From the NCBI GenBank assembly GCA_043228905.1, contig JBHGNT010000021.1, positions 7,130,001 to 7,194,000 of the forward strand: a DNA stretch of 64,000 bases, read 5' to 3'. Source of the DNA: Azolla caroliniana. Taxonomy: Eukaryota; Plantae; Polypodiophyta. Positions 1-12,598 of the stretch are shown here, one piece after another. A model generated the notes under the pieces. That model had not been told where the DNA came from. It did not search any database and was given only the letters and a program-made list of their open reading frames with translations. The position numbers and the translations under genes are program-made. Each line of letters opens with the position of its first letter. Within the stretch, counting starts at the first letter, position 1.

Positions 1-532
1 CCACAAAAAATGTCAGTCCTTTCAATACTGTTAGTACTAAATAACTGAGAAAAAAAATCTGAGAAAAAAAATTGATTTTGGGGAGTGGGGTGAGTGTAGT
101 ACAAGTGTCATTTAAGACAAGGAGTGGGGGGACCACTTGAGGAGATGTTCTTTCCATTTTGGGGGCTATTTTCCCCTCACGTCGTTTTTGGCGCTTCTCC
201 TCAAACCATCTCCTCTTACTCCTCTTCCTCTATCCCTCTAAGCTCTTCATCTTAGACATCCATGTTAGGTTTCTGGTTTTCGTCCAATGTATAACATTCG
301 TTAGGGTTTAGGGAGCATATCTCAAACATCCATGTTAGGTTTCTGGTTTTGAGTTGCAGATTTCTTGTTTTGTTAGGGTTTCTGTTTTAGGGTTTGAGTT
401 GAGGATTAGAGACTATTCTGAGGCCTCTTATAACAGCCAATAGTGACTTCTTTGAGAACGATTTTCTTGCTTCTTCCATCGATTGCAATTTATCTCGTGG
501 TGATTTGAGACTTTTTCCACCGAGGCAAGGAT

Positions 533-780
533 CCTTCCACCGAATCGAGGCGGCATATCACAAAGATTCAAGGCTCCCTCCACCATTGGAGGTTCCTTCC
601 ACCAAATCGAGGCGGCATATCACACAGATTCAAGGCTCCCTCCACCATTGGAGGTTCATTCCACCAAATTGAGGCGGCATATCACACAGATTTAACGCTC
701 CCTCCACCATTGGAGGTTCCTTCCACCAAATCGAGGCAACATATCACACAGATTCAACGCTCCCTCCACCATTGGAGGTT
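533..780. repeat. Tandem repeat, 62 bp x4
   Basis: Unit ccttccaccaaatcgaggcggcatatcacacagattcaaggctccctccaccattggaggtt starts at 533, 595, 657 and 719, with no spacers. Confidence 0.95.
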
Positions 781-1138
781 CCTTTCCAGTACTAAATTTC
801 AGAACTATTTTTTCATTTTCAGTACTAAATTTTTTCATTTTTAGAAATTTGTGAATAAAGAAATGATAATTTTCATCTTTGATCTACAATTCTAATGTCC
901 GAAACAAATTATTTCTCACTTTGCAGGCCGCATTTAAAAACATTTGATTGTGATTTCTTAGTGTAGTCTATATAACATTAATTACTCTCACAAGACACTT
1001 AATTTTTTTAGATAAATCTAGTGACCAAATGGGGATCCCCAACGAGAGTGAGTTCTCAAGTAACATGTATATCTAAAAGGACCAAGAGACGAGTGGTTCT
1101 TCACATAGTCCGTTATTTGGTTGAAATAACGAAGAGAT

Positions 1139-1344
1139 TTGGTGAAGAGGATCGTAGGGATATTATATGTAGTGTTACACCATCAACGTTTGAATGAAGA
1201 CATGGGGAGAATAAAATTTAGGGACCAATGTGTTTCAGAAGAGATTGTAGAGTCCATGAAGTCATCCCTAGACTTAGTGAAAGGTGTAGAAAGCATAGAC
1301 AAACTTGCTGCAAAGAGGGCAACCTTACACATGGTTGTGAACGG
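1139..1344 (+). pseudogene. Transposase N-terminal coding segment, split by the LTR element at 1345
   Basis: Removing 1345-17923 joins ...LHMVVNG to AREKKYTDTKVALALG in frame. True start not determined. Confidence 0.6.
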
Positions 1345-2155
1345 TGTTGTGAAGATTTTCGTCCATAAGCGGAAACCGGGGTGGAAAGGGCAAGTCGGTG
1401 GTGTGCAACATGTGCACACGATTACTAGGAAATGGTGTATAGAAATAAAAGGGGAAATTTCATCCCACATTGTAAGGTCCCTCCCTCCTTGGGCTATAAA
1501 AGGAAGGGAGGGGTCACTTATGAAGGGTTGCCCATTTTTGAGTCGTAAGGGTATACCATTTTGTACTTCGTTTCTAGGGTTAGTTACATTCTTTCCTTCT
1601 TCTTTTTCCCTCTGCTCCTTCTCCTTCTCGAGAACTCGAGCAGCAGCTATGGCAGGAAAGCTATTAGATTAACTCTTCTTCTTCTGTGCGTAGCCGGCTC
1701 GTGGCCGGGGTTGGATCTCTCCCTGTTGTAGGTTGCTTCTGCTCGGCCTCCTGTGCAAGGCCCCGCTCGGCGTGATGAGCCCGAGAGCTCCCTGACGGCG
1801 GCTTGGCAGCAGACTATCGTTGTAGCCTAGCCTACCTCAGTCCGGCTCGGAGTCGGAGTTGTAACTCACTCTTGTTATCATATATATATACAGGGTTGTG
1901 CATATTTGTGTCTCTGTCGGTGTCTGGTGCTTTCCCGTCCTTGTGTTTCCTGTACATAAGAGGTGTGCGTTGTGTCGGTGTTGCGCGTGTGTTCTCTCCC
2001 TCTCTTCCTCTCACGCGTTGGTAGCCACCGGTACGCGTCCGGAATCTCTCCGGTTCGCGCGACAACCAGTGTAGCCGGAACCGGAGAGAACTCGGCTTCC
2101 TACGCTCCGTCACTCCCTAGTCCAAGACCCCTGTGGTCTGCCTGGAATTCTACAC
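1345..2155 (+). repeat. 5' LTR of element A (major part; last 22 bp displaced to 13237-13258)
   Basis: Colinear with 17090-17897; TATAAAAG near 1495. Confidence 0.9.
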
Positions 2156-2770
2156 TGATGGAAAATTAATTGACACTTTCCAAACTTCACCTCTCGGCCA
2201 CAACCAAGGAAACACACGAATCGTTGTTGCAGAAAATGGGAAATGCAGAAGTAAATAAGTGGACACACGATTTAACGTGGAAAACCCTGTACGGGAAAAA
2301 CCACGAGAGTACAAGACTCCGAACCAAAAACTATGCACAGAGAAGTATACAATGGCGAGCTGCAAAGCGACGACCTTGAGCTCGCTGTCCTCGCCACAGG
2401 CGGCGGAAATACACAGAGGCGTCGACCTCTTCCTCTCTCACGCTCTATCTCTCTCACGGCTGCTCTCTCTTCACTCCTCTTGAGTGGAAAAACAGAAAAA
2501 ATGAGTAGCAACTTAAACTGTTTGCCCTAAGTCATATTTATACACATATGACTTTGGGGCTATTTACAACTATAGCCTCAAGGGCCCTTGGCAAACATAT
2601 TCACAGATATGTCCCCGCATCCGGATCTCTCTCCGGGTACATTCGTCATCCGGCTCCGAAGCCGGGGTCTTCATCATCCGGTTCCGAAACCGCAACCGGG
2701 CTTGTCGGCATTCATCTCCGATATCCGACCATCCCATCCGAAGGGACCGTAATCCCAACAAACTCCCCCT

Positions 2771-3965
2771 TCACTTCGGCATGGGATGTCTCTCCAATCC
2801 GATCCTCTTCCGGCATGCTTCCAGCTTGTCGGGTGTGAGCACCTTGGTCAGCATATCCGACCCGTTCTCGTCTGTGTGGACCTTCGTCAGCACGAACTCC
2901 TTGTCTTCTATCCTTTCCCGGATCCAGTGATATCTTCGCTGGATGTGCTTCGTCCGGGAGTGATAGGCCGCGTTCTTCGCAAGGTGGATGGCACTCTGAC
3001 TGTCGCAGTAGAGTCGGTACTCCTCCTGCTGGATACCGAGCTCTCTAATGAAGTCCTTCATCCATATTATTTCCTTGCCGGCTTCAACAGCCGCCATGTA
3101 CTCTGCCTCCATGGTTGACAACGCAACCGTCTTCTGCAGCCTCGACTGCCATGAAACAGCTCCCCCTGCATACGTCATCACATACCCTGATGTGGACCGG
3201 CTGGTATCTGCATCAGCCGACATATCCGAATCGGTAAAGCCGTCGAGTTCGGGCTTACCGGAGCCGAATCGGAGGCACACGTTTGTCGTGCCCTTCAGGT
3301 ATCGGAGTATCCACTTGGCCGCGTTCCAATGCTCTTTGCCGGGATTGCTCATGTACCGGCTCACCACTCCGACTGCGTATCCAATGTCCGGTCTTGTACA
3401 CACCATTGCGTACATCAAGCTTCCGACGGCAGAGGCATATGGCACTTTCATCATGTCCTCCTTCTCAGCCTTTGTCTTGGGGCTTTGCTTGCTGGACAGC
3501 TTGCAGTTTGCCGGGAGGGTCGATCCGACCGGTCTTGCTTCCGACATGTTGAACCGTTTAAGCACCTTTGTCACGTACTTCTCCTGTGACAGCCACAACT
3601 GCTTCTTGCTCCGGTCCCGGATGATGTGCATCCCTAGTATTTGTCTCGCCGGACCCAAGTCCTTCATTGAGAAGGTTCGGTGAAGAGCCTTCTTCAGCAT
3701 CCGTATCTTGACCTGGTCCCGTCCGACGATCAACATGTCGTCCACGTACAGGAGGAGTATTAGAAAGTCTCCTCCTTCGAACTTCTTCACAAACACGCAG
3801 TGGTCGGACTGCGTTTTGAGGTACCCTTCGTCGGTCATGAAAGAGTCGAACTTCCGGTACCATTGCCGGGGAGCCTGCTTCAGTCCGTAAAGGCTCTTCT
3901 TCAACCGGCATACCAGGTGCTCCTTCCCTTTCTTCTCGAATCCTTCCGGTTGCTGCATGTAGATC
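2771..3965 (-). pseudogene. pol: Copia B pol C-terminal part (RT C-half plus RNase H)
   Basis: LKKSLYGLKQAPRQW, LYVDDML, FTDSD, KHIQRRYHWIRE. Separated from the N-terminal part by insertion of B2. Confidence 0.95.
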
Positions 3966-4605
3966 TGTTGGAATTACGGTCCCTTCGGATGGGATGGTCG
4001 GATATCGGAGATGAATGCCGACAAGCCCGGTTTCGGTATCGGAACCGGATGAGGAAGACCCCGACTTCGGAGCCGGATGACGAATGTACCCGGAGAGCGA
4101 TCCGAATGCAGGGACATATCCGTGAATATGTCTGCTATGGGCCCCTGAGGCTATAGTTGTAAATAGCCCCAAAGTCATATATGTATAAATATGACTTAGG
4201 GCAATTCGTTTTGTGCTTGCTGATCATTTTTTTTTGTTTTTCCACTCAAGAGGAGTGAAGAGGGAGCAGCCGTGAGAGAGAGAGAGATAGAGCGCGAGAG
4301 AGGAAGAGGACGACGCCTCTGTGTATTTCCGCCGCCTGTGGCGAGGACAGCGAGCTCAAGGTCGTCGCCTTGGAGCTCGTCATTGTATACTTCTCTTTGT
4401 ATAGTGTTGTTTGGAGTCTTGTACTCCCGTGGTTTTTTCCCATCTAGGGTTTTCCACGTTAATCCCTGTGTACTCGTGTGTTTCTCTCTTTGGTTTCTAT
4501 TTTCTGCTGCATTGATCCGCGATTACTCGGTTGTGGCCGAGCGAAGAAGGTGAATCCAAGCGTTGATTCCCAACAAACTGGTATCAGAGCGAACTGCTGC
4601 AGAAA

Positions 4606-7600
4606 ATGGAAGGCGGCGGCAGCGGGCAGCCGGGGATGATGGTGCTGAATGCGCAGAATTACGCCGACTGGAAAATCAAGATGGAGGATCTTCTGATTGT
4701 TCGGGACCTGTACGAACCGATTGACAGGTCGGAAATACCGAAAGGGGTACTTGAGTCGGAATGGAGGCTTCTGAACCGGAAAGCCGTTGCAACCATTCGG
4801 CAATACGTCGACGTGAGCGTCCTACAACATGTGGCAAACGACACCAACGCATATGAGATGTGGAAGAAGCTGTCGGGCCTCTACGAGAGGAAGAATGCGT
4901 TGAACCGGACCTCCCTGATGAGGAAGATAGTGAATCTCAAGTACCGGGACGGCGAGAGTATGGTGGAACACGTAAGCACGTTCATGGGATTCGTGAATCA
5001 GCTTGCGGCGATCAAGTTCCCGCTGGAGGATGCAATGCAAGCCATCATCCTGATGTGTACATTGCCGGAAAGCTGGGAGAACTTGGTGGTGACTCTCAGC
5101 ACCTCGTGCACCGAAGATAACTTGTCCTTACAAACGGTAAAGACAAGTATTTTGAACGAAGAAGCGCGTCGGAGAGATAAAGAACCGGCCTCCGACTCGA
5201 AGGCGCTGCTTACCGAATCGGATCGGGGAAGACAATGGAACCGGAGTCCGCAAAGACGGGAGAAGTCGGGGACCCGGTCGCAGTCAAGAGGAAGGCCCAC
5301 ATGCTTCCACTGTGGGAAGCCGGGGCACTTTCGAAAGAATTGTCGGCATTACCGAAAAGACAACGGAGCCGACGACACCGATTCGAAGAAGTCACCGGAG
5401 AGAAACGGTGCATACCGGGGAGCCACGGACCGGAGAGGTTCGGATCGGCGAGGGCAGGACCGGAAAGGAACGACGGCACTCGCGGCAAGTGAGGAAGAAA
5501 TCATGCTCATCACCGAAGAAGGTGAACTAAACATTGCCGACAATGAGACGACCTGGGTGGTCGATTCCGGAGCATCGTTCCACCTGACCCCGGAGAGAAG
5601 ATACTTCTCATCCTACACAGCCGGTGAGTATGGCTGTGTTCGGATGGGAAATGAAGGTACGTGCCGGATTGCCGGCATCGGAGACGTGTGGTTGACAACC
5701 CCGACCGGATGCAAAATGCTGCTGAAGGATGTCCGACACGTTCCGGAGGTTCGATTGAACCTGATTTCGGCCGGGAGGCTAGACGATGAAGGCTACACAG
5801 GTAGCATCCGGAACGGCATAATGAAGTTCAGCAAGGGGAGCCTGATAGTGGCTCGGGCCCGGAAAGACAACACACTGTACCTGATGAATGCCCGGTTATG
5901 TCCGGAAGAGCTGAATGTGGCAACCGACACTGCCGGTGAGCTGTGGCACAAAAGACTGTGCCACATGAGTGAGAAGGGGATGAAGAGGCTTGCAGAAGAC
6001 AACCTTATTCCAGTGAAGCAAGTGCACCTGGAGAAGTGCACCGATTGCCTGGCCGGTAAGCAGAACCGAACCTCCTTCCACTCAAGGCCACCGACGAGAC
6101 GTAGCGCACCATTGGAGTTGGTGCACACTGATGTGTGTCAGGTAGAAACGAAGTCACATGGCGGAGCCCAGTACTTCGTAACATTCATTGATGATCACAG
6201 CCGGAAGCTGTGGTCGGCACCGTTGAAGACAAAGGACCAAGCGTTGTGCGTCTTCAAAGAACTCCACGCGAGAGTGGAAAGGGAATCCGGCAAGAAGCTG
6301 AAAGCGATACGAGCGGATAACGGAGGGGAATACCGGGGGCAGTTCCAGGAGTACTGTCGCTCGAAGGGAATCCGACTCGAGTTTACTGTGCCGAAGACGC
6401 CGGAACTGAACGGGCTGGCCGAGAGGATGAACCGGACCATAATGGAGAGGGTCCGGAGTATGCTGGCGCATGCGAAATTACCCAAGGGGTTTTGGGCTGA
6501 GGCAATGTCGACGGCGACATACGTGATAAACAGATCACCCTCAGTACCTTTGGACGGAGACACGCCGCAGAAAGTGTGGACCGGTAATGAAGTGTCCTAC
6601 CGGCATCTGAAGGTGTTCGGGTGTCTCGCATACGTGCATGTGGCAAAGGACTGGAGAGGAAAGCTAGATCCAAAGACCCGGCCATGCATATTCCTCGGTT
6701 ACGGCGATGACGAGTTCGGCTACCGAGTATGGGACCCGGTCGACAAGAAGATATTCAGGAGTCGAGACATCATCTTCATGGAGGACAAGACACTCGCCGA
6801 CTGGGAGTCGGAGAAGAAGGTGAAGAGCTCCAAGTCGACCGGTGAGGATCAACTCTACGAGGAGCAGTCCCGACCGGCAAGGGACCGGTTAGCACTCGAG
6901 GATCCGGCCGAAGATGGTGAAGAAACAGAACCGGCGGAAGAAGATGAAAACGATACCGGAACCGGCCCCGATCCCGAAATGGATTCGGATGAAGAAGAAT
7001 CGGAAGAACCGGTTACCGAAGCTCCGGAACGGAGATATCCTCTAAGAGAGAGAAGGGCCCCCCGGAGATTTCCGGAACCAGAGCACGTGCTGCTAACCGA
7101 CGAGGGGGAGCCGGAGAGCTTTGAAGAAGCAAAGCATGACACCCAAAGCCGCAGGTGGTTGAGTGCCATGCAGGACGAGATGGATTCCTTGCATGAGAAC
7201 CACACATATGAACTTGTGGAGTTGCCGAAAGGAAAGCGGGCACTTCGAAACAAGTGGGTGTTCAAGCTGAAACCGGGAGATGCCGGAAACCCCCCGAGAT
7301 ACAAAGCCAGGATCGTGGTGAAGGGGTTTCAGCAAAAGAAGGGCGTCGACTTCGACGAGATATTTGCCCCGGTAGTGAAGATGACCTCCATCCGGACGGT
7401 GCTGAGCATAGCGGCAAGCATGGACCTCGAGGTAGAACAGATGGACGTAAAGACGGCATTCCTTCACGGTGACCTCGAAGAAGAGATCTACATGCAGCAA
7501 CCGGAAGGATTCGAGAAGAAAGGGAAGGAGCACCTGGTATGTCGGTTGAAGAAGAGCCTTTACGGACTGAAGCAGGCACCCCGGCAATGGTACCGGAAGT

Positions 7601-9093
7601 TCGACTCCTTCATGACCGACGAAGGGTACCTCAAAACGCAGTCCGACCACTGCGTGTTTGTGAAGAAGTTCGAAGGAGGAGACTTTCTCATACTCCTCCT
7701 GTACGTGGACGACATGTTGATCGTCGGACGGGACCAGATCAAGATACGGATGCTGAAGAAGGCTCTTCACCGAACCGTCTCAATGAAGGACCTGGGTCCG
7801 GCGAGACAAATACTAGGGATGCACATCATACGGGACCGGAAGAAGAAGCAGTTGTGGCTGTCACAAGAAAAGTACGTGACGAAGGTGCTTCACCGGTTCA
7901 ACATGTCGGAAGCGAGACCGGTCGGATCGTCCCTCCCGACAAACTGCAAGCTGTCCAGCAAGCAAAGTCCCAAGACAAAGGCTGAAAAGGAGGATATGAT
8001 GAAAGTGCCGTATGCCTCAGCCGTCGGGAGCTTGATGTACGCCATGGTGTGTACGAGACCGGACATCGGATATGCAGTCGGAGTGGTGAGCCGGTACATG
8101 AGCAATCCCGGCAAAGAGCATTGGAACGCGGTCAAGTGGATACTCCGATACCTGAAGGGCACAGCGAATGTGTGCCTCCGATTCGGCTCCGGTAAACCCG
8201 AACNNNNNNNNNNNNNNNNNNNNNNNNNNNNNNNNNNNNNNNNNNNNNNNNNNNNNNNNNNNNNNNNNNNNNNNNNNNNNNNNNNNNNNNNNNNNNNNNN
8301 NNNACACCGGTTCAACATGTCGGAAGCGAGACCGGTCGGATCGTCCCTCCCGACAAACTGCAAGCTGTCCAGCAAGCAAAGTCCCAAGACAAAGGCTGAA
8401 AAGGAGGATATGATGAAAGTGCCGTATGCCTCAGCCGTCGGGAGCTTGATGTACGCCATGGTGTGTACGAGACCGGACATCGGATATGCAGTCGGAGTGG
8501 TGAGCCGGTACATGAGCAATCCCGGCAAAGAGCATTGGAACGCGGTCAAGTGGATACTCCGATACCTGAAGGGCACAGCGAATGTGTGCCTCCGATTCGG
8601 CTCCGGTAAACCCGAACTCGACGGTTTCACCGATTCGGATATGTCGGCTGATGCAGATACCAGCCGGTCCACATCAGGGTATGTGATGACGTATGCAGGG
8701 GGAGCTGTTTCGTGGCAGTCGAGGCTGCAGAAGACGGTTGCGTTGTCAACCACGGAGGCGGAGTACATGGCAGCTGTTGAAGCCGGCAAGGAAATAATAT
8801 GGATGAAGGACTTCATTAGAGAGCTCGGTATCCGGCAGGAGGAGTACCGACTCTACTGCGACAGTCAGAGTGCAATCCACCTTGCGAAGAACGCGGCCTA
8901 TCACTCCCGGACGAAGCACATCCAGCGAAGATATCACTGGATCCGGGAAAGGATAGAAGACAAGGAGTTCGTGCTGACAAAGATCCACACGGACGAGAAC
9001 GGGTCGGATATGCTGACCAAGGTCCTCACACCCGACAAGCTGGAAGCATGCCGGAAGAGGATCGGATTGGAGAGACATCCCATGCCGAAGTGA
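4606..9093 (+). CDS. gag-pol: Copia Gag-Pol polyprotein (gag, CCHC knuckle, protease, integrase, RT, RNase H)
   Basis: CFHCGKPGHFRKNC, WVVDSGASFH, LWHKRLCH..C..C, VHTD..ADNGGEY..NGLAER, YVDD. True length is probably about 1357 aa after removing the 414-bp gap plus overlap. Confidence 0.95.
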   Translation: MEGGGSGQPGMMVLNAQNYADWKIKMEDLLIVRDLYEPIDRSEIPKGVLESEWRLLNRKAVATIRQYVDVSVLQHVANDTNAYEMWKKLSGLYERKNALNRTSLMRKIVNLKYRDGESMVEHVSTFMGFVNQLAAIKFPLEDAMQAIILMCTLPESWENLVVTLSTSCTEDNLSLQTVKTSILNEEARRRDKEPASDSKALLTESDRGRQWNRSPQRREKSGTRSQSRGRPTCFHCGKPGHFRKNCRHYRKDNGADDTDSKKSPERNGAYRGATDRRGSDRRGQDRKGTTALAASEEEIMLITEEGELNIADNETTWVVDSGASFHLTPERRYFSSYTAGEYGCVRMGNEGTCRIAGIGDVWLTTPTGCKMLLKDVRHVPEVRLNLISAGRLDDEGYTGSIRNGIMKFSKGSLIVARARKDNTLYLMNARLCPEELNVATDTAGELWHKRLCHMSEKGMKRLAEDNLIPVKQVHLEKCTDCLAGKQNRTSFHSRPPTRRSAPLELVHTDVCQVETKSHGGAQYFVTFIDDHSRKLWSAPLKTKDQALCVFKELHARVERESGKKLKAIRADNGGEYRGQFQEYCRSKGIRLEFTVPKTPELNGLAERMNRTIMERVRSMLAHAKLPKGFWAEAMSTATYVINRSPSVPLDGDTPQKVWTGNEVSYRHLKVFGCLAYVHVAKDWRGKLDPKTRPCIFLGYGDDEFGYRVWDPVDKKIFRSRDIIFMEDKTLADWESEKKVKSSKSTGEDQLYEEQSRPARDRLALEDPAEDGEETEPAEEDENDTGTGPDPEMDSDEEESEEPVTEAPERRYPLRERRAPRRFPEPEHVLLTDEGEPESFEEAKHDTQSRRWLSAMQDEMDSLHENHTYELVELPKGKRALRNKWVFKLKPGDAGNPPRYKARIVVKGFQQKKGVDFDEIFAPVVKMTSIRTVLSIAASMDLEVEQMDVKTAFLHGDLEEEIYMQQPEGFEKKGKEHLVCRLKKSLYGLKQAPRQWYRKFDSFMTDEGYLKTQSDHCVFVKKFEGGDFLILLLYVDDMLIVGRDQIKIRMLKKALHRTVSMKDLGPARQILGMHIIRDRKKKQLWLSQEKYVTKVLHRFNMSEARPVGSSLPTNCKLSSKQSPKTKAEKEDMMKVPYASAVGSLMYAMVCTRPDIGYAVGVVSRYMSNPGKEHWNAVKWILRYLKGTANVCLRFGSGKPEXXXXXXXXXXXXXXXXXXXXXXXXXXXXXXXXXXHRFNMSEARPVGSSLPTNCKLSSKQSPKTKAEKEDMMKVPYASAVGSLMYAMVCTRPDIGYAVGVVSRYMSNPGKEHWNAVKWILRYLKGTANVCLRFGSGKPELDGFTDSDMSADADTSRSTSGYVMTYAGGAVSWQSRLQKTVALSTTEAEYMAAVEAGKEIIWMKDFIRELGIRQEEYRLYCDSQSAIHLAKNAAYHSRTKHIQRRYHWIRERIEDKEFVLTKIHTDENGSDMLTKVLTPDKLEACRKRIGLERHPMPK
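8204..8303. other. Assembly gap (100 N) with duplicated flank
   Basis: Sequence from 8305 repeats sequence from 7891 up to the gap edge at 8203, indicating an unmerged contig overlap. Confidence 0.9.
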
Positions 9094-9713
9094 AGGGGGA
9101 GTTTGTTGGAATTACGGTCCCTTCGGATGGGATGGTCGGATATCGGAGATGAATGCCGACAAGCCCGGTTTCGGTATCGGAACCGGATGAGGAAGACCCC
9201 GACTTCGGAGCCGGATGACGAATGTACCCGGAGAGCGATCCGAATGCAGGGACATATCCGTGAATATGTCTGCTATGGGCCCCTGAGGCTATAGTTGTAA
9301 ATAGCCCCAAAGTCATATATGTATAAATATGACTTAGGGCAATTCGTTTTGTGCTTGCTGATCATTTTTTTTTGTTTTTCCACTCAAGAGGAGTGAAGAG
9401 GGAGCAGCCGTGAGAGAGAGAGAGATAGAGCGCGAGAGAGGAAGAGGACGACGCCTCTGTGTATTTCCGCCGCCTGTGGCGAGGACAGCGAGCTCAAGGT
9501 CGTCGCCTTGGAGCTCGTCATTGTATACTTCTCTTTGTATAGTGTTGTTTGGAGTCTTGTACTCCCGTGGTTTTTTCCCATCTAGGGTTTTCCACGTTAA
9601 TCCCTGTGTACTCGTGTGTTTCTCTCTTTGGTTTCTATTTTCTGCTGCATTGATCCGCGATTACTCGGTTGTGGCCGAGCGAAGAAGGTGAATCCAAGCG
9701 TTGATTCCCAACA

Positions 9714-12598
9714 AGATCTCTTCTTCGAGGTCACCGTGAAGGAATGCCGTCTTCACGTCCATCTGTTCTACCTCGAGGTCCATGCTTGCCGCTATGCTCA
9801 ACACCGTTCGGATGGAGGTCATCTTCACTACCGGGGCAAATATCTCGTCGAAATCGACGCCCTTCTTCTGCTGAAACCCCTTCACCACGATCCTGGCTTT
9901 GTATCTCGGGGGGTTTCCGGCATCTCCCGGTTTCAGCTTGAACACCCACTTGTTTCGAAGTGCCCGCTTCCCTTTCGGCAACTCCACAAGTTCATATGTG
10001 TGGTTCTCATGCAGGGAATCCATCTCGTCCTGCATGGCACTCAACCACCTGCGGCTCTGGGTGTCATGCTTTGCTTCTTCAAAGCTCTCCGGCTCCCCCT
10101 CGTCGGTTAGCAGCACGTGCTCTGGTTCCGGAAATCTCCGGGGGGCCCTTCTCTCTCTTAGAGGATATCTCCGTTCCGGAGCTTCGGTAACCGGTTCTTC
10201 CGATTCTTCTTCATCCGAATCCATTTCGGGATCGGGGCCGGTTCCGGTATCATTTTCATCTTCTTCGGCCGGTTCTGTTTCTTCACCGTCTTCGGCCGGA
10301 TCCTCGAGTGCTAACCGGTCCCTTGCCGGTCGGGACTGCTCCTTGTAGAGTTGATCCTCACCGGTCGACTTGGAGCTCTTCATCTTCTTCTCCGACTCCC
10401 AGTCGGCGAGTGTCTTGTTCTCCATGAAGATGATATCACGACTCCGGAATATCTTCTTGTCGACCGGGTCCCATACTCGGTAGCCGAACTCGTCATCGCC
10501 GTAACCGAGGAATATGCATGGCCGGGTCTTTGGATCTAGCTTTCCTCTCCGGTCCTTAGCCACATGCACATATGCGAGACACCCGAACACCTTCAGATGC
10601 CGGTAGGATACTTCCCTGCCGGTCCACACTCTCTGCGGCGTGTCTCCGTCCAAAGGTACTGAGGGTGATCTGTTTATCACGTATGTCGCCGTCGACATTG
10701 CCTCAGCCCAAAACCCCTTGGGTAATTTCGCATGCGCCAGCATACTCCGGACGCTCTCCATTATGGTCCGGTTCATCCTCTCGGCCAGCCCGTTCAGTTC
10801 CGGCGTCTTCGGCACAGTAAACTCGAGCCGGATTCCTTTCGAGCGACAGTACTCCGCGAACTGCCCCCGGTATTCCCCTCCGTTATCCGCTCGTATCGCT
10901 TTCAGCTTCTTGCCGGATTCCCTTTCCACTCTCGCGTGGAGTTCTTTGAAGACGCACAACACTTGGTCCTTTGTCTTCAACGGTGCCGTCCACAGCTTCC
11001 GGCTGTGATCATCAATGAATGTTACGAAGTACTGGGCTCCGCCATGTGACTTCGTTTCTACCTGACACACATCAGTGTGTACCAACTCCAATGGTACACT
11101 ACGTCTCGTCGGTGGCCTTGAGTGGAAGGAGGCTCGGTTCTGCTTACCGGCCAGGCAATCGGTGCACTTCTCCAGGTGCACGTGCTTCACTGGAATAAGG
11201 TTGTCTTCTGCAAGCCTCTTCATCCCCTTCTCACTCATGTGGCACAGTCTTTTGTGCCACAGCTCACCGGGCAGTGTCGGCTGCCACATTTAGCTCTTCC
11301 GGACATAACCGGGCATTCATCAGGTACAGTGTGTTGTCTTTCCGGGCCCGAGCCACTATCAGGCTCCCCTTGCTGAACTTCATTACGCCGTTCCGGATGC
11401 TACCTGTGTAGCCTTCATCGTCTAGCCTCCCGGCCGAAATCAGGTTCAATCGAACCTCCGGAACGTGTCGGACATCCTTCAGCAGCATTTTGCAACCGGT
11501 CGGGGTTGTCAACCACACGTCTCCTATGCCGGCAATCCGGCACGTACCTTCATTTCCCATCCGAACACAGCCATGTTCACCGACTGTGTAGGATGAGAAG
11601 TATCTTCTCTCCGGGGTCAGGTGGAATGACGCTCCAGAATGGACTACCCAGGTCGTCTCATCGCCGGCAATGTTTAGTTCACCTTCTTCGGTGATGAGCA
11701 TGATTTCTTCCTCACTTGCCGCGAGTGCCGTCGTTCCTTTCCGGTCCTGCCCTCGCCGATCCGGACCTCTCCGGTCCGTGGCTCCCCGGTATGCACCGTT
11801 TCTCTCCGGTGACTTCTTCGAATCGGTGTCGTCGGCTCCGTTGTCCTTTCGGTAATGCCGACAATTCTTCCGGAAGTGCCCCGGCTTCCCACAGTGGAAG
11901 CATGTGGGTCTTCCTCTTGACTGCGACCGGGTCCCCGACTTCTCCCGTCTTTGCGGACTCCGGTTCCATTGTCTTCCCCGTTCCGATTCGGTAAGCAGCG
12001 CCTTCGAGTCGGAGGCCGGTTCTTTATCTCTCCGACGCGCTTCTTCGTTCAAAATACTTGTCTTTACCGTTTGTAGGGACAAGTTATCTTCCGTGCAGGA
12101 GGTGCTGAGAGTCACCACCAAGTTCTCCCAGCTTTCCGGCAATGTACACATCAGGATGATGGCTTGCATTGCATCCTCCAACGGGAACTTGATCGCCGCA
12201 AGCTGGTTCACGAATCCCATGAACGTGCTTACGTGTTCCACCATACTCTCGCCGTCCCGGTACTTGAGGTTCACTATCTTCCTCATCAGGGAGGTCCGGT
12301 TCAACGCATTCTTCCTCTCGTAGAGGCCCGACAGCTTCCGCCACATCTCATATGCGTTGGTGTCGTTCGCCACATGTTGTAGAACGCTCACGTCGACGTA
12401 TTGCCGAATGGTTGCAACGGCTTTCCGGTTCAGAAGCCTCCATTCCGACTCAAGTACCCCCTTCGGTATTTCCGACCTGTCAATCGGTTCGTACAGGTCC
12501 CGAACAATCAGAAGATCCTCCATCTTGATCTTCCAGTCGGCGTAATTCTGCGCATTCAGCACCATCATCCCCGGCTGCCCGCTGCCGCCGCCTTCCAT
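9714..12598 (-). pseudogene. gag-pol: Copia B gag-PR-INT-RT N-terminal part, disabled
   Basis: ATG at 12598 (MEGGGSGQPG). One extra G near 11270 relative to B2 causes a frameshift. Protease catalytic DSG reads HSG. RT is interrupted by B2. Confidence 0.92.

Larger units (their letters stand above)
3966..9713 (+). mobile_element. Ty1/Copia LTR retrotransposon B2, apparently intact and very recent
   Basis: LTRs 3966-4575 and 9104-9713 (610 bp each, no difference spotted by eye). TSD agatc at 3961-3965 and 9714-9718. PBS 4579-4590; PPT aagggggag at 9093-9101. Confidence 0.97.

Noticed and set aside
533-780. CRISPR-like look of regular repeats (also 19426-20250 and 28300-29250)
   Set aside because: Head-to-tail tandem units without unique spacers, no cas genes, eukaryotic context.
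1139-1672. 177-aa ORF as a gene (likewise 9661-11289, 54817-56202 and 58236-60974 at full length)
   Set aside because: Chimeric frames running across insertion junctions into LTR sequence.
7891-8617. Apparent internal duplication of an RT segment in the 1495-aa ORF
   Set aside because: The identical copies flank a 100-N gap, so this is a scaffolding overlap artefact.
11264-11289. Programmed frameshift in Copia B
   Set aside because: A single extra G relative to B2 and D, which are in one frame; mutation or sequencing error.
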